From NCBI GenBank assembly GCA_037142195.1, contig JBAXBA010000110.1, forward strand, positions 1 through 10,161: DNA of 10,161 nucleotides, written 5' to 3'. The translations under genes were made by a program, and so were the position numbers. Below, one piece after another: positions 1 to 7,388 of the stretch (the stretch's first letter is position 1; each line of letters starts with the position of its first letter). Below the pieces are notes generated by a model. It did not search any database and was not told where the DNA came from. It saw only the letters and a list, made by a program, of their open reading frames with translations. Source of the stretch: Pseudomonadota bacterium (GTDB lineage: Bacteria > Bdellovibrionota_B > Oligoflexia > Oligoflexales > CAIMVM01).

Positions 1-1
1 G

Positions 2-190
2 GTGACATCTCGCCTTATACGCAAGGAATTTGCAGAACACATTGAAAAATATTATTGGAAGCCTATCTTTTGGAGCAGGACGTACTGCCTTTTGACTGTC
101 GGTGGGGCTCTGCTCTCAGTGCTCAAGCGGTATATTGAAAATCTTGCCGACAATCCGATAGATAGCAATAGTAAACAAACCCAACCATAA
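2..190 (+). mobile_element. tnpA: 3' end of IS200/IS605-family Y1 (HUH) transposase TnpA, partial at window edge
   Basis: Translation TSRLIRKEF..YYWKPIFWSRTYCLLTVGGA.LSVLKRYIEN matches the characteristic TnpA C-terminus (SSR..RKEF, FWS.SY, GGAP, catalytic YI..Q helix). The HUH motif would lie upstream of the window. Confidence 0.88.
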
Positions 191-492
191 GCAATCCGTT
201 TTCGATCCCTTTACCATCAAGAAGGTATCGGATTTCTTTAGCGGGAGAGTGTTTTTCGTCTTTATAAAGTTTGTATGATGTATCATAAAATACGCTCTTG
301 CCTCTATGCAACTTAACTTTTGCTGCTCTCCCGAGCAAAGCCTTAAAGAGACCTAAGTCTGGTAAGTTCTCTAACTGCCCGTTTGTCTCAGTCTGACGGA
401 ATCTTTTTTAGACTTGAGCCGAAAAGACATCTCATCCTTGATATAAATGCTGTCTGCCGGTAAAGTCTGAGCTTCACTCCTGAGGGGAACCC

Positions 493-1086
493 ATGCAAGA
501 CACCACGGAGCCTTCTTACACCAGCCGTTCCATTCGCCTGCAGGGTGCGGCGTGGAAGCAGCTGTTACGGCCCATAGATCCTTATAAACTTCATTTAAGA
601 TCCCTGAATCCTGGCTTTATGCTTGAAATCGGCTGTGGAGTGGGAAGAAATCTAGGATTTACCCATGGAAACTGTGTGGGAGTGGATCATAACCTCAGCT
701 CCATTGCCCACTGCCGGGACATGGGCTTTAAAGCTTTTACAACCACAGAGTTCCCGACCTCTGAATTTGCCCGCGGTGCTCAGTTTGACAGTCTTCTGAT
801 GTCTCACTTATTAGAGCATATGGATCATCCTACAAGAGTCGACTTGCTTAAGACTTATTTGCCGCGCCTAAAGATAGGCGGCAAGGTGATCATGATCACT
901 CCCCAAGAAAGAGGCCAGGCCTCAGACCCAACCCATGTGGAATTAGTGGGCTTTGAAGAGCAAGCTGCACTTGCCAGATCCTGCGGTTTAAAGCCCCTTA
1001 AATCCTATTCATTTCCCTTTATGCGTTTTATGGGACCGTACTTTATCTATAATGAATTTATTTCGGTCTGGCAAAGGGAGTCCTGA
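493..1086 (+). CDS. Class I SAM-dependent methyltransferase (197 aa)
   Basis: Motif I LEIGCGVG, acidic VGVD at the end of strand 2, FDSLLMSHLLEH, LKIGGKVIMITP. RBS GAGGGGA at 482-488. Confidence 0.9.
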   Translation: MQDTTEPSYTSRSIRLQGAAWKQLLRPIDPYKLHLRSLNPGFMLEIGCGVGRNLGFTHGNCVGVDHNLSSIAHCRDMGFKAFTTTEFPTSEFARGAQFDSLLMSHLLEHMDHPTRVDLLKTYLPRLKIGGKVIMITPQERGQASDPTHVELVGFEEQAALARSCGLKPLKSYSFPFMRFMGPYFIYNEFISVWQRES

Positions 1087-1929
1087 TTGGCATCGATGGA
1101 TCAAAAACCACTGGTCTCGGTAGTGATACCCCTTTACAACGCCAGTGCCTTTATTTTGGAGACCTTGAGGTCCATCCTGAGCCAAGATTATCCTAACCTC
1201 GAGGTTATCGTTGTCGATGACTGTTCCCCTGATGGATCCTTTGACTTGGTGGCTGACTTTATTCGCAGTCAAAAAGAGACGCGCGTTCATCTGCTTAGAA
1301 ACGATAAAAACCTTGGGCCGGAAGGCAACTGGAATCGCGCCCTCAGTTTAGCCAGCGGTACCTACGTAAAACTGGTTTGTTCCGACGACACCCTGGAGCC
1401 TGGCGCCCTTTCCAAACAGGTGGCTATTTTTGAGAATCCAGCAAATAGAGGTCTTGCTTTAGTAACCGGGCCTCGTGTGGTGATCAATTCCGCTGGCAAG
1501 CGCATGGGCATTCGAGGAGATTTGCACCAGGGAAGGATATCGTCTCTGATCGCCATCAAAAAAGTCATTAGATCGGGAACCAATCCCCTTGGCGAGCCCG
1601 CGGCTGGAATGTTTAAAAAAATAGATGCTGAAAAGATTGGCGGTTATCGCATATATGCTCCCTATGCCATCGACGTCGATTTTTGGATCCGACTCCTTCA
1701 GCTAGGAGACTTGTGGTTTATGTCTGATCCCGTCTCAACGTTTAGAATCTCGAAACAAAGCTGGAGCTCAAACATTGGACTTCGGCAGTCCTTAGATTTT
1801 AGAAAGTTTATCGCGCGGGCTAAACAAGAAAACTCCCTAGTCATTAGTTCCCTAGATGTGTTTATCGGAAGCCAGAAATCCGTGATTTTAGGATTTCTAA
1901 GAGTCCTTTACTTCAAATTTTTTGCTTGA
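1087..1929 (+). CDS. Glycosyltransferase family 2 (280 aa)
   Basis: PLVSVVIPLYN, VIVVDDCSPD, NLG...NWN, CSDD. The TTG start directly follows the methyltransferase stop, with AGGGAG at 1075-1080. Alternative ATG at 1096. Confidence 0.93.
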   Translation: MASMDQKPLVSVVIPLYNASAFILETLRSILSQDYPNLEVIVVDDCSPDGSFDLVADFIRSQKETRVHLLRNDKNLGPEGNWNRALSLASGTYVKLVCSDDTLEPGALSKQVAIFENPANRGLALVTGPRVVINSAGKRMGIRGDLHQGRISSLIAIKKVIRSGTNPLGEPAAGMFKKIDAEKIGGYRIYAPYAIDVDFWIRLLQLGDLWFMSDPVSTFRISKQSWSSNIGLRQSLDFRKFIARAKQENSLVISSLDVFIGSQKSVILGFLRVLYFKFFA

Positions 1930-1967
1930 TAGTACGAATTGTCCCTGAATAGCTCTCACTTCAAGTA

Positions 1968-3011
1968 ATGATAGATGAAAAAGAGGTATTTTTGATCAAA
2001 ATTTCTGTAATCATTCCCATCTATAACGGTGCGAAATTTTTAGACGACGCTTTTAAAGGGCTTGAACTCCAAACCTGTGATCCCCAAAATTTTGAAGTGA
2101 TCGCTATTGACGATGGCTCCACAGACACCTCCTATGACTTTCTTATGAAGTACGCTAAAAACTCACCTAAATTCACATTTCAATTTCATCGACAAAAAAA
2201 CAGTGGGGTGTCCCACACGAGAAACGTCGGTGCCTCACGGGCTACTGGCGAATTCCTTGCTTTTTTAGATCAAGATGCGATTCCAAGGCCCAACTGGCTT
2301 GAAAGTGCCTTAGACTGTTTTAGGGATTCTAGTATTTCTGTCGTCGAAGGGCGCATCCAGGCCATAAAAACCTTTGAGGCGACGCCTCTCACTCACATCC
2401 TCGAGAATGAAACGGGAGGCCGATTTATGACGGCCAACTGCATCTTTAGAGCTTCCGTCTTTCGTGAGGTTGGTGGCTTTGATTTAAATTTTCCTTATTT
2501 TCTTGAAGACTCTGATATTGCCTTTTCCATTCTAAGATTAGGTTATAAAATTCATTGGGCTCCGGAAGTTGTTGTCGATCACCCTTATGTGCAAAAAACC
2601 ATGTCCCAGCATGTCTGGCAAATGACCACACTTGCCGAAAGAATTCCTATTCTTCTTCATAAGCACCAAGTGGATTTCAAGTTTTGTAGGACCCATGGCA
2701 TACCTTGGCACACCATGACCGCATGTCCCCTTTACTTCTACGGATATTTTGTGGCCCTTGTCGGCATTGTGATTTCAGGGCTTACTTTGAACGCGGTTTC
2801 TCCGGTCCTCTCCTATAGCTTGCTGTTTTTGTTTGCATGTCTCTTTGGGGTGAGCTTTTTGGTGACTTTATATGCTCGATTTAGAAATCGAAAGGTCTCC
2901 CTCAGCGAAGGATCTTTGTTTTTTCTTTGGTATCTCATCATTCCCTATAAAAGACTGTTTCATCTCATCCGAGGAGCTTACAAATACAAAGTCCCTTTGC
3001 GGCTGATTTAA
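1968..3011 (+). CDS. Glycosyltransferase family 2 with C-terminal transmembrane segments
   Basis: ISVIIPIYN, IDDGSTD, RNVG, FLDQD, VGGFD..F..LEDSD, hydrophobic C-terminal third. The real start may be TTG at 1992 (AAGAGG at 1981-1986). Confidence 0.93.
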   Translation: MIDEKEVFLIKISVIIPIYNGAKFLDDAFKGLELQTCDPQNFEVIAIDDGSTDTSYDFLMKYAKNSPKFTFQFHRQKNSGVSHTRNVGASRATGEFLAFLDQDAIPRPNWLESALDCFRDSSISVVEGRIQAIKTFEATPLTHILENETGGRFMTANCIFRASVFREVGGFDLNFPYFLEDSDIAFSILRLGYKIHWAPEVVVDHPYVQKTMSQHVWQMTTLAERIPILLHKHQVDFKFCRTHGIPWHTMTACPLYFYGYFVALVGIVISGLTLNAVSPVLSYSLLFLFACLFGVSFLVTLYARFRNRKVSLSEGSLFFLWYLIIPYKRLFHLIRGAYKYKVPLRLI

Positions 3012-3145
3012 CGAGAGACCTTTCTTTTAGGGAAGGCGGCCCAATGGTGTGCAAGACAAGAAAAAGGTGCCTCTTAAGACAAATCCCAAAAACTAAATTT
3101 TAAGCTCCCTAAGGCTACAAATCACCCCGTAAAGAAAGTCTCAAC

Positions 3146-4738
3146 ATGAATTCCACCTCGAAAAAGAATCCCATCCCAGGAGAAAATAACTCTAAATCTT
3201 TAGACGGCTTAACTTGGAACTCCCTTGCCTCCGAGCGCATGGCTTGGTTTCTTCTAAGTGTTGTGGTCACGGTTTTGGTTCTAACGAACCTAGCAGGACT
3301 TGGAAATCCCATAGTGGAAGCACACGGCTTTAGGCAGACCCAGACCGCTATCACTGCTTATTACTTAAAACTAAATGGTTTTAGACTCGACTATGAAACC
3401 CCTGCTGTTGGTTATCCATGGAGCATCCCTTTTGAGTTTCCGATCTATCAATATATCACTGCCGTCATTTCTAAATACACGTCATTGCCTCTAACTAATG
3501 CAGGTCGCTTGGTAAGCCTCCTCTTTACTTTACTCTCTGCGTTTCCAATTTGGCAGGCCCTTAAAAATCTTAACTTTTCTAAATTTACCCGTCTTCTAGG
3601 ACTGACTCTCTTTTTGAGCTCGCCTGTTTATATGTTCTGGTCTGGAACCTTTATGATCGAAAGCGCTGCTCTATTTTTCACTCTATGCTTTATGTATTTC
3701 ACCCTAAATGCCCTAGGGGGAAACAAGTCCCTCACCAATCTCTTCGGAATGGGAGTCTTTCTCCTTCTGGCAGGTCTTCAAAAAATAACCACGGTGCTGA
3801 CTCCTCTCGTGATTTTAGGAGTGGTCTATGTCAGTCAGCAGGGCTTTAGAAATATCTTTAAAAATCTTGCCTGGACCGTAAAACTTGTCCTAGCCCTCTT
3901 GATTCCGCTGGGACTTTCTTACCTTTGGATCCGGTATTCTGACCAGGTGAAGTCTCTAAATCCCATTGGATTAAAACTAACCTCCGCGTATCTCAGTCAA
4001 TGGAATTACGGAACCTTAAGTCAGAGGCTTTCCTCTGGACTTTGGTATGATGTGATCTACTACCGGAACATCCTAAAAATGTCGGGGCAGTTTCTGGGAC
4101 TTTTGACACTTATCTATTATTTTAAGTGCAGCAAAAATGTGCCTCAAAAGAAAATAGTCGGGATCTCTCTTTCCCTGTTTTTAGCGCCATTTCTTGTCTT
4201 TACAAATCTCCATATGGTGCATTCTTACTACCAAGTCTCAAACTCTGTCTTTTTCTCCCTAGGATTGGGCATAGCTCTTGCTGCTTTATTAGACCAGGCT
4301 AAAACGGAAAAAGGGAGACGATACCTTCATGTTTTGATCTCTTTGATGATCGTCTCAAATCTGTACTTCTATCTCAAAGGAAGCTTTAACGATAAAGTCA
4401 CTGGGGTAGAGGAAAGCAGCCACAGTGTTTTGACTTTGGCTAAGTACATCAAGGACCATACTCCAGCGGATCGTCCCGTGATTTGGTATGGACAGGACTG
4501 GTCTAGCGAAGGACCATTTTATTCGGAAAGAAGATCTCTTGCTGTTCCTGCTTGGGTTGACCAGTTAGATCCCATCATCCACATGGAGAGATATCTCAAA
4601 GAGCCCCCTTCTGCGATTGTACTTTGTGAAACTCCTGGAAAAGAGTCCGTGCGTCAGGCCATCCTAGACTATGCAAAGAATGTCCCCTTAGCTTCTCAGA
4701 CAGAAGTTGCTAAGTGTGAAGTGTTTCAATTTCTCTAG
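3146..4738 (+). CDS. Multi-pass membrane glycosyltransferase, GT-C fold (ArnT/PMT-like), 530 aa
   Basis: First TM followed by loop HGFRQTQTA...YETP..GYPWSIPFEFPIYQ, about ten or more hydrophobic segments by eye, HSYYQ motif, soluble C-terminal domain. Sits in a glycosyltransferase context. Confidence 0.8.
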   Translation: MNSTSKKNPIPGENNSKSLDGLTWNSLASERMAWFLLSVVVTVLVLTNLAGLGNPIVEAHGFRQTQTAITAYYLKLNGFRLDYETPAVGYPWSIPFEFPIYQYITAVISKYTSLPLTNAGRLVSLLFTLLSAFPIWQALKNLNFSKFTRLLGLTLFLSSPVYMFWSGTFMIESAALFFTLCFMYFTLNALGGNKSLTNLFGMGVFLLLAGLQKITTVLTPLVILGVVYVSQQGFRNIFKNLAWTVKLVLALLIPLGLSYLWIRYSDQVKSLNPIGLKLTSAYLSQWNYGTLSQRLSSGLWYDVIYYRNILKMSGQFLGLLTLIYYFKCSKNVPQKKIVGISLSLFLAPFLVFTNLHMVHSYYQVSNSVFFSLGLGIALAALLDQAKTEKGRRYLHVLISLMIVSNLYFYLKGSFNDKVTGVEESSHSVLTLAKYIKDHTPADRPVIWYGQDWSSEGPFYSERRSLAVPAWVDQLDPIIHMERYLKEPPSAIVLCETPGKESVRQAILDYAKNVPLASQTEVAKCEVFQFL

Positions 4739-4758
4739 ATAACATGAAACAAACGACC

Positions 4759-5256
4759 CTATTCGCCTGCGACATCTGTTTCGCTGAGATTAAGTGCCTT
4801 AGCGATCTTGTAGAGAGTGGAGCGTCGAGGCATAGATCCAGAATTCAAAAGCCTACTAAGTGAGGGCTGCGGCATACCCACTTTTTTAGCAACCGCAACG
4901 GGACCGCCGTGACGATCAATCAGATCTTTAAACTTCGCCTTAAAACCGACTATGTCACTCGCTAAAGAATCAAGATTATGGAAAGAAATTTTAGATGCTT
5001 CCGCTGGCTTACCATCTCGAGGTAACTCTTTGTCGTCATCAATATGATCCTGAAGGTCAGCAATGATCTCGGCTCGTTCATCCTTATCGCTTTCGTCAGC
5101 CCAAAGTTCCATAAGTCCAAGAATGGAGTTGTCTTGACGAGCTAGAAGACACACATCAAGAACGAATGAGTTAGGAAGACTCGCCCGGTTCATCTCCTTC
5201 ATGATACCCATAATGCGGTCATCTCTGGTTTCCATTTTTCTTGCCGTATTTTTCAT
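4759..5256 (-). CDS. XRE-family HTH protein, probable antitoxin/autoregulator (165 aa)
   Basis: C-terminal HTH GGPVAVAKKVGMPQPSLSRLLNSGSMPRRSTLYKIAKALNL and an acidic N-terminal region. The start overlaps the upstream stop (ATGA, 5256-5253). Confidence 0.8.
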   Translation of the reverse strand: MKNTARKMETRDDRIMGIMKEMNRASLPNSFVLDVCLLARQDNSILGLMELWADESDKDERAEIIADLQDHIDDDKELPRDGKPAEASKISFHNLDSLASDIVGFKAKFKDLIDRHGGPVAVAKKVGMPQPSLSRLLNSGSMPRRSTLYKIAKALNLSETDVAGE

Positions 5257-5648
5257 AGGCTCCCCCTATCAACATATCGACCCTGGCAGATCAAGGTGAT
5301 ATAGCGCTCCAGGTTTAAACACTCACGCAAATCATTCTTGCCTTTCTTAATATATGCTTGGCAAAGGAAGGCATTTGGTCCCATGATAGCAACGCACAAT
5401 CTCAGCTCATTTCTTCCAGGACCCACAGAATCCCATTTCATTTTATATCCGTCAGAGACGTTTACACCGTTACCCTTGGTCGCTGGCCCCCAGAATCCTC
5501 TTACTTTAAATTTGGGATCATTTGGGAAGACTTTGAGCCTTTCGGCATCTGGTCGAAAGTTTTTCTGGTACTCTTGGTCACTAAACTCGTGCCTATGTTT
5601 CAAATCGAGATAGGACTGTAGCGCCCAACCTGTAATCACAATCCCCAT
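5253..5648 (-). CDS. Hypothetical protein, probable divergent RelE/HigB-like toxin (131 aa)
   Basis: Basic small protein coupled upstream of an XRE gene. Pattern GYKMK...ELRLCVAI....AFLCQAYIKK resembles the RelE/Gp49 C-terminal strands (..YELR...R......LLH.F.KK). The ORF is well supported; the family is inferred. Confidence 0.6.
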   Translation of the reverse strand: MGIVITGWALQSYLDLKHRHEFSDQEYQKNFRPDAERLKVFPNDPKFKVRGFWGPATKGNGVNVSDGYKMKWDSVGPGRNELRLCVAIMGPNAFLCQAYIKKGKNDLRECLNLERYITLICQGRYVDRGSL

Positions 5649-5667
5649 GTCAAACTATACCTTTCCA

Positions 5668-5704
5668 TAATATTACATAACACTAATCGGAAAAATTGAC
5701 AATT
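5668..5704 (-). promoter_or_regulatory. Putative sigma70 promoter/operator of the RelE-like/XRE operon
   Basis: Minus strand TTGTCA (5702-5697), 17 nt spacer, TATGTA preceded by TGn. Palindrome AATTG-A-CAATT (5694-5704) covers the -35 and TAATATTA (5668-5675) lies at the -10/start region. Confidence 0.4.
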
Positions 5705-5845
5705 ACTTGAGATGTTCGCCCTGTTCCTGGCGGCTTTCGATCGTAAGGCATTAATATTATTCTGAAAATTCAAAAAATGCCGAAGAGATGAAGGCAAAAT
5801 AACAACTGGGACAAAACTGGGACGATTTCTATGGCCCACGATACC

Positions 5846-5995
5846 AATCACTACCCGAATCACTACCCAGAAAATAAACAGGGGGATATTCGGATAACCA
5901 ATAAAAAATACGCGCGAAAATAAGGACACTACCCGAATCACTACCCGAATCACTACCCGAATCACTACCCGAATCACTACCCGAATTACAACCCA
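5846..5995 (+). repeat. 12-bp tandem repeat AATCACTACCCG in two blocks
   Basis: Block 1: 5846-5857 exact, 5858-5869 with one mismatch. Block 2: partial 5927-5935, four exact units 5936-5983, degenerate 5984-5995. Both blocks end in ACCCAGAAAAT. Confidence 0.97.
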
Positions 5996-6676
5996 GAAAA
6001 TGGTTGCAGACAAAATTGTAGAGCGACAATGAACGACATTGAAGAACTAACTTACTAATGTTCTCGCTAGAAGTGACTAGGATCTCAAAAAAAAATGGTC
6101 AAAGAGTTTGAGTCCCAAGTGCGATGTCAAGACACATAAAAAAAGATGCTCCTTCGTTTAAGCGTTATGAGATTAGAAGATCGGGACTCTGAAATGCCGA
6201 AAGAATGTAAATAATCTGGCAATCAAATGCCTTTAAAAAACATTAAAAGCCCATATTAGGCGCTAACCCTTGGGCTTGGAAGATAAATGCGATTTGATCG
6301 CACCAAATGAGATTCTCAGCCAATTAAAGTGAGGCCCAGATAAACCGATTGACTTACCCTTTATAACTTAACCATCAAAAATATGTTCGCCGTAATATCC
6401 GGCTCCTGAAGAAGCCCTTCTTTTTACACGCCAAATGCTAGGGAATATTTGCGATCTCGCCACAAATCACATCTGGCCATCGTACGCTCCTCAGAAAATA
6501 TAGAGTTGATTGGGCCTTAGACTTCAAATATCAGACCACTTTAAAAAAATTTTTACACTGTAGAAATCCTAGCTAAAAGTTCAAAACCGACCATAGGAAT
6601 CAGTTTGGCACATCATGATTCATTTTATGATCGCAATTTTTTAATACATATGATATAAGCATAAAAGGGAAGATTA

Positions 6677-6916
6677 ATGCCGACGATTGGTCAACTTGGA
6701 AAATATAAAGTTAAGATTCACGCACGCGATCATAATCCACCTCATGTTCACTTTGAATTTTCTGACATTGTCGTACGCGTCGACATTTTTGAAATCGCTG
6801 TTATTTCCATTGCAGGAAGACCGACTCGAAAGGAATTGTGCATTATGCTAGAATATGTTGAAAGGTATTCCCATGAGCTTATGGAGGGATGGAATGAGTA
6901 CCAGAAAGAAGATTAA
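6677..6916 (+). CDS. DUF4160-domain protein, putative toxin (79 aa)
   Basis: MPTI......KIHARDHNPPHVH signature and terminal ELMEGW. RBS AAGGGA upstream. Confidence 0.85.
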   Translation: MPTIGQLGKYKVKIHARDHNPPHVHFEFSDIVVRVDIFEIAVISIAGRPTRKELCIMLEYVERYSHELMEGWNEYQKED

Positions 6917-7226
6917 GAGGACCTCTGGAATTCGCCATGATGAAAACGTAGATATCGCTAGTTTATCCGAAGGCACTGACGATGATGTTTCCGAAATGCT
7001 TAAGAAGGACAAATCCAAAATTCGCATTACAACTTTGATTGATACGGATTTACTCGATGAGCTGAAACGACGCGCTCATTCAGAAGGTGATGGCAGATAC
7101 CAAACCTATCTCAACCAATTTTTGCGTCAGGCGCTGTTTAGAGATTTGCAGTTTGATGAAAAAAGAGTGATTGAAATAGTAACGACTCTAGTAAAACCTG
7201 ATGCTCTGAAGCGCCGGCGGGCATAG
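6894..7226 (+). CDS. BrnA-like antitoxin with ribbon-helix-helix C-terminus (110 aa)
   Basis: KIRITTLIDTDLLDELKRRA...GRYQTYLNQFLRQ matches the BrnA-family K..I..R.D.D....K....YQT..N..LR pattern. ATG 6894 is preceded by GGAGGG (6883-6888) and overlaps the DUF4160 gene end, so it is preferred over the ORF-track start at 6855. Confidence 0.78.
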   Translation: MSTRKKIKRTSGIRHDENVDIASLSEGTDDDVSEMLKKDKSKIRITTLIDTDLLDELKRRAHSEGDGRYQTYLNQFLRQALFRDLQFDEKRVIEIVTTLVKPDALKRRRA

Positions 7227-7258
7227 GGCGCTGTCTGAATTTGTAAAAAGTTATAACG

Positions 7259-7383
7259 CTCCCGCGGTGCGGGAGGCTTAGCGGTTTGGAGCAGCCCCTA
7301 GGGCTGCTAAGTTAGGCAAAGGTCTATTGCTTTGGCATCGGATGGACTCGAACACAGATCAATCGCACCTGCTACGCAGGTGC
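7259..7383. repeat. Cluster of three perfect GC-rich inverted repeats with 3-nt loops
   Basis: CTCCCGC-ggt-GCGGGAG (7259-7275), AGCAGCCC-cta-GGGCTGCT (7290-7308), GCACCTGC-tac-GCAGGTGC (7365-7383). Confidence 0.85.
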
Positions 7384-7388
7384 TTGGC

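Noticed and set aside
123..338. 71-aa minus-strand ORF
   Set aside because: Overlaps tnpA antisense and has no recognisable motif.
260..418. Palindromes CTTTATAAAG (260-269), TATGAT-gt-ATCATA (274-287) and imperfect stem 387-418
   Set aside because: Real but short or AT-rich; cannot be assigned to a regulator, riboswitch or IS end from sequence alone.
2890..3024. 10-bp inverted repeat GAAAGGTCTC/GAGACCTTTC, and a possible ops/JUMPstart site in the 3012-3145 gap
   Set aside because: One arm is inside coding sequence and is likely chance. GGCGGCCC does not match the ops consensus GGCGGTAG.
1009..3354. Antisense ORFs 1009-1290, 1362-1583, 2446-2631, 3115-3354
   Set aside because: Shadows of well-supported plus-strand genes.
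5338..5621. Plus-strand ORFs inside the toxin gene
   Set aside because: Antisense shadows; the minus-strand ORF is translationally coupled to the XRE gene.
5846..5995. CRISPR array or iterons
   Set aside because: Units are 12 bp and directly adjacent with no spacers. No cas or rep gene is nearby, and the unit length fits a coding repeat.
5636..6029. Minus-strand ORFs with VVIR and GSDS repeats
   Set aside because: They are kept open by the stop-free repeat and have no recognisable domain. One runs through the predicted TA promoter.
7251..7317. Integron attC site (TTATAAC...GTTAGGC)
   Set aside because: The R' box matches GTTRRRY and the length is plausible, but the R'' box is imperfect, the L boxes do not pair, and no second site or intI is present.
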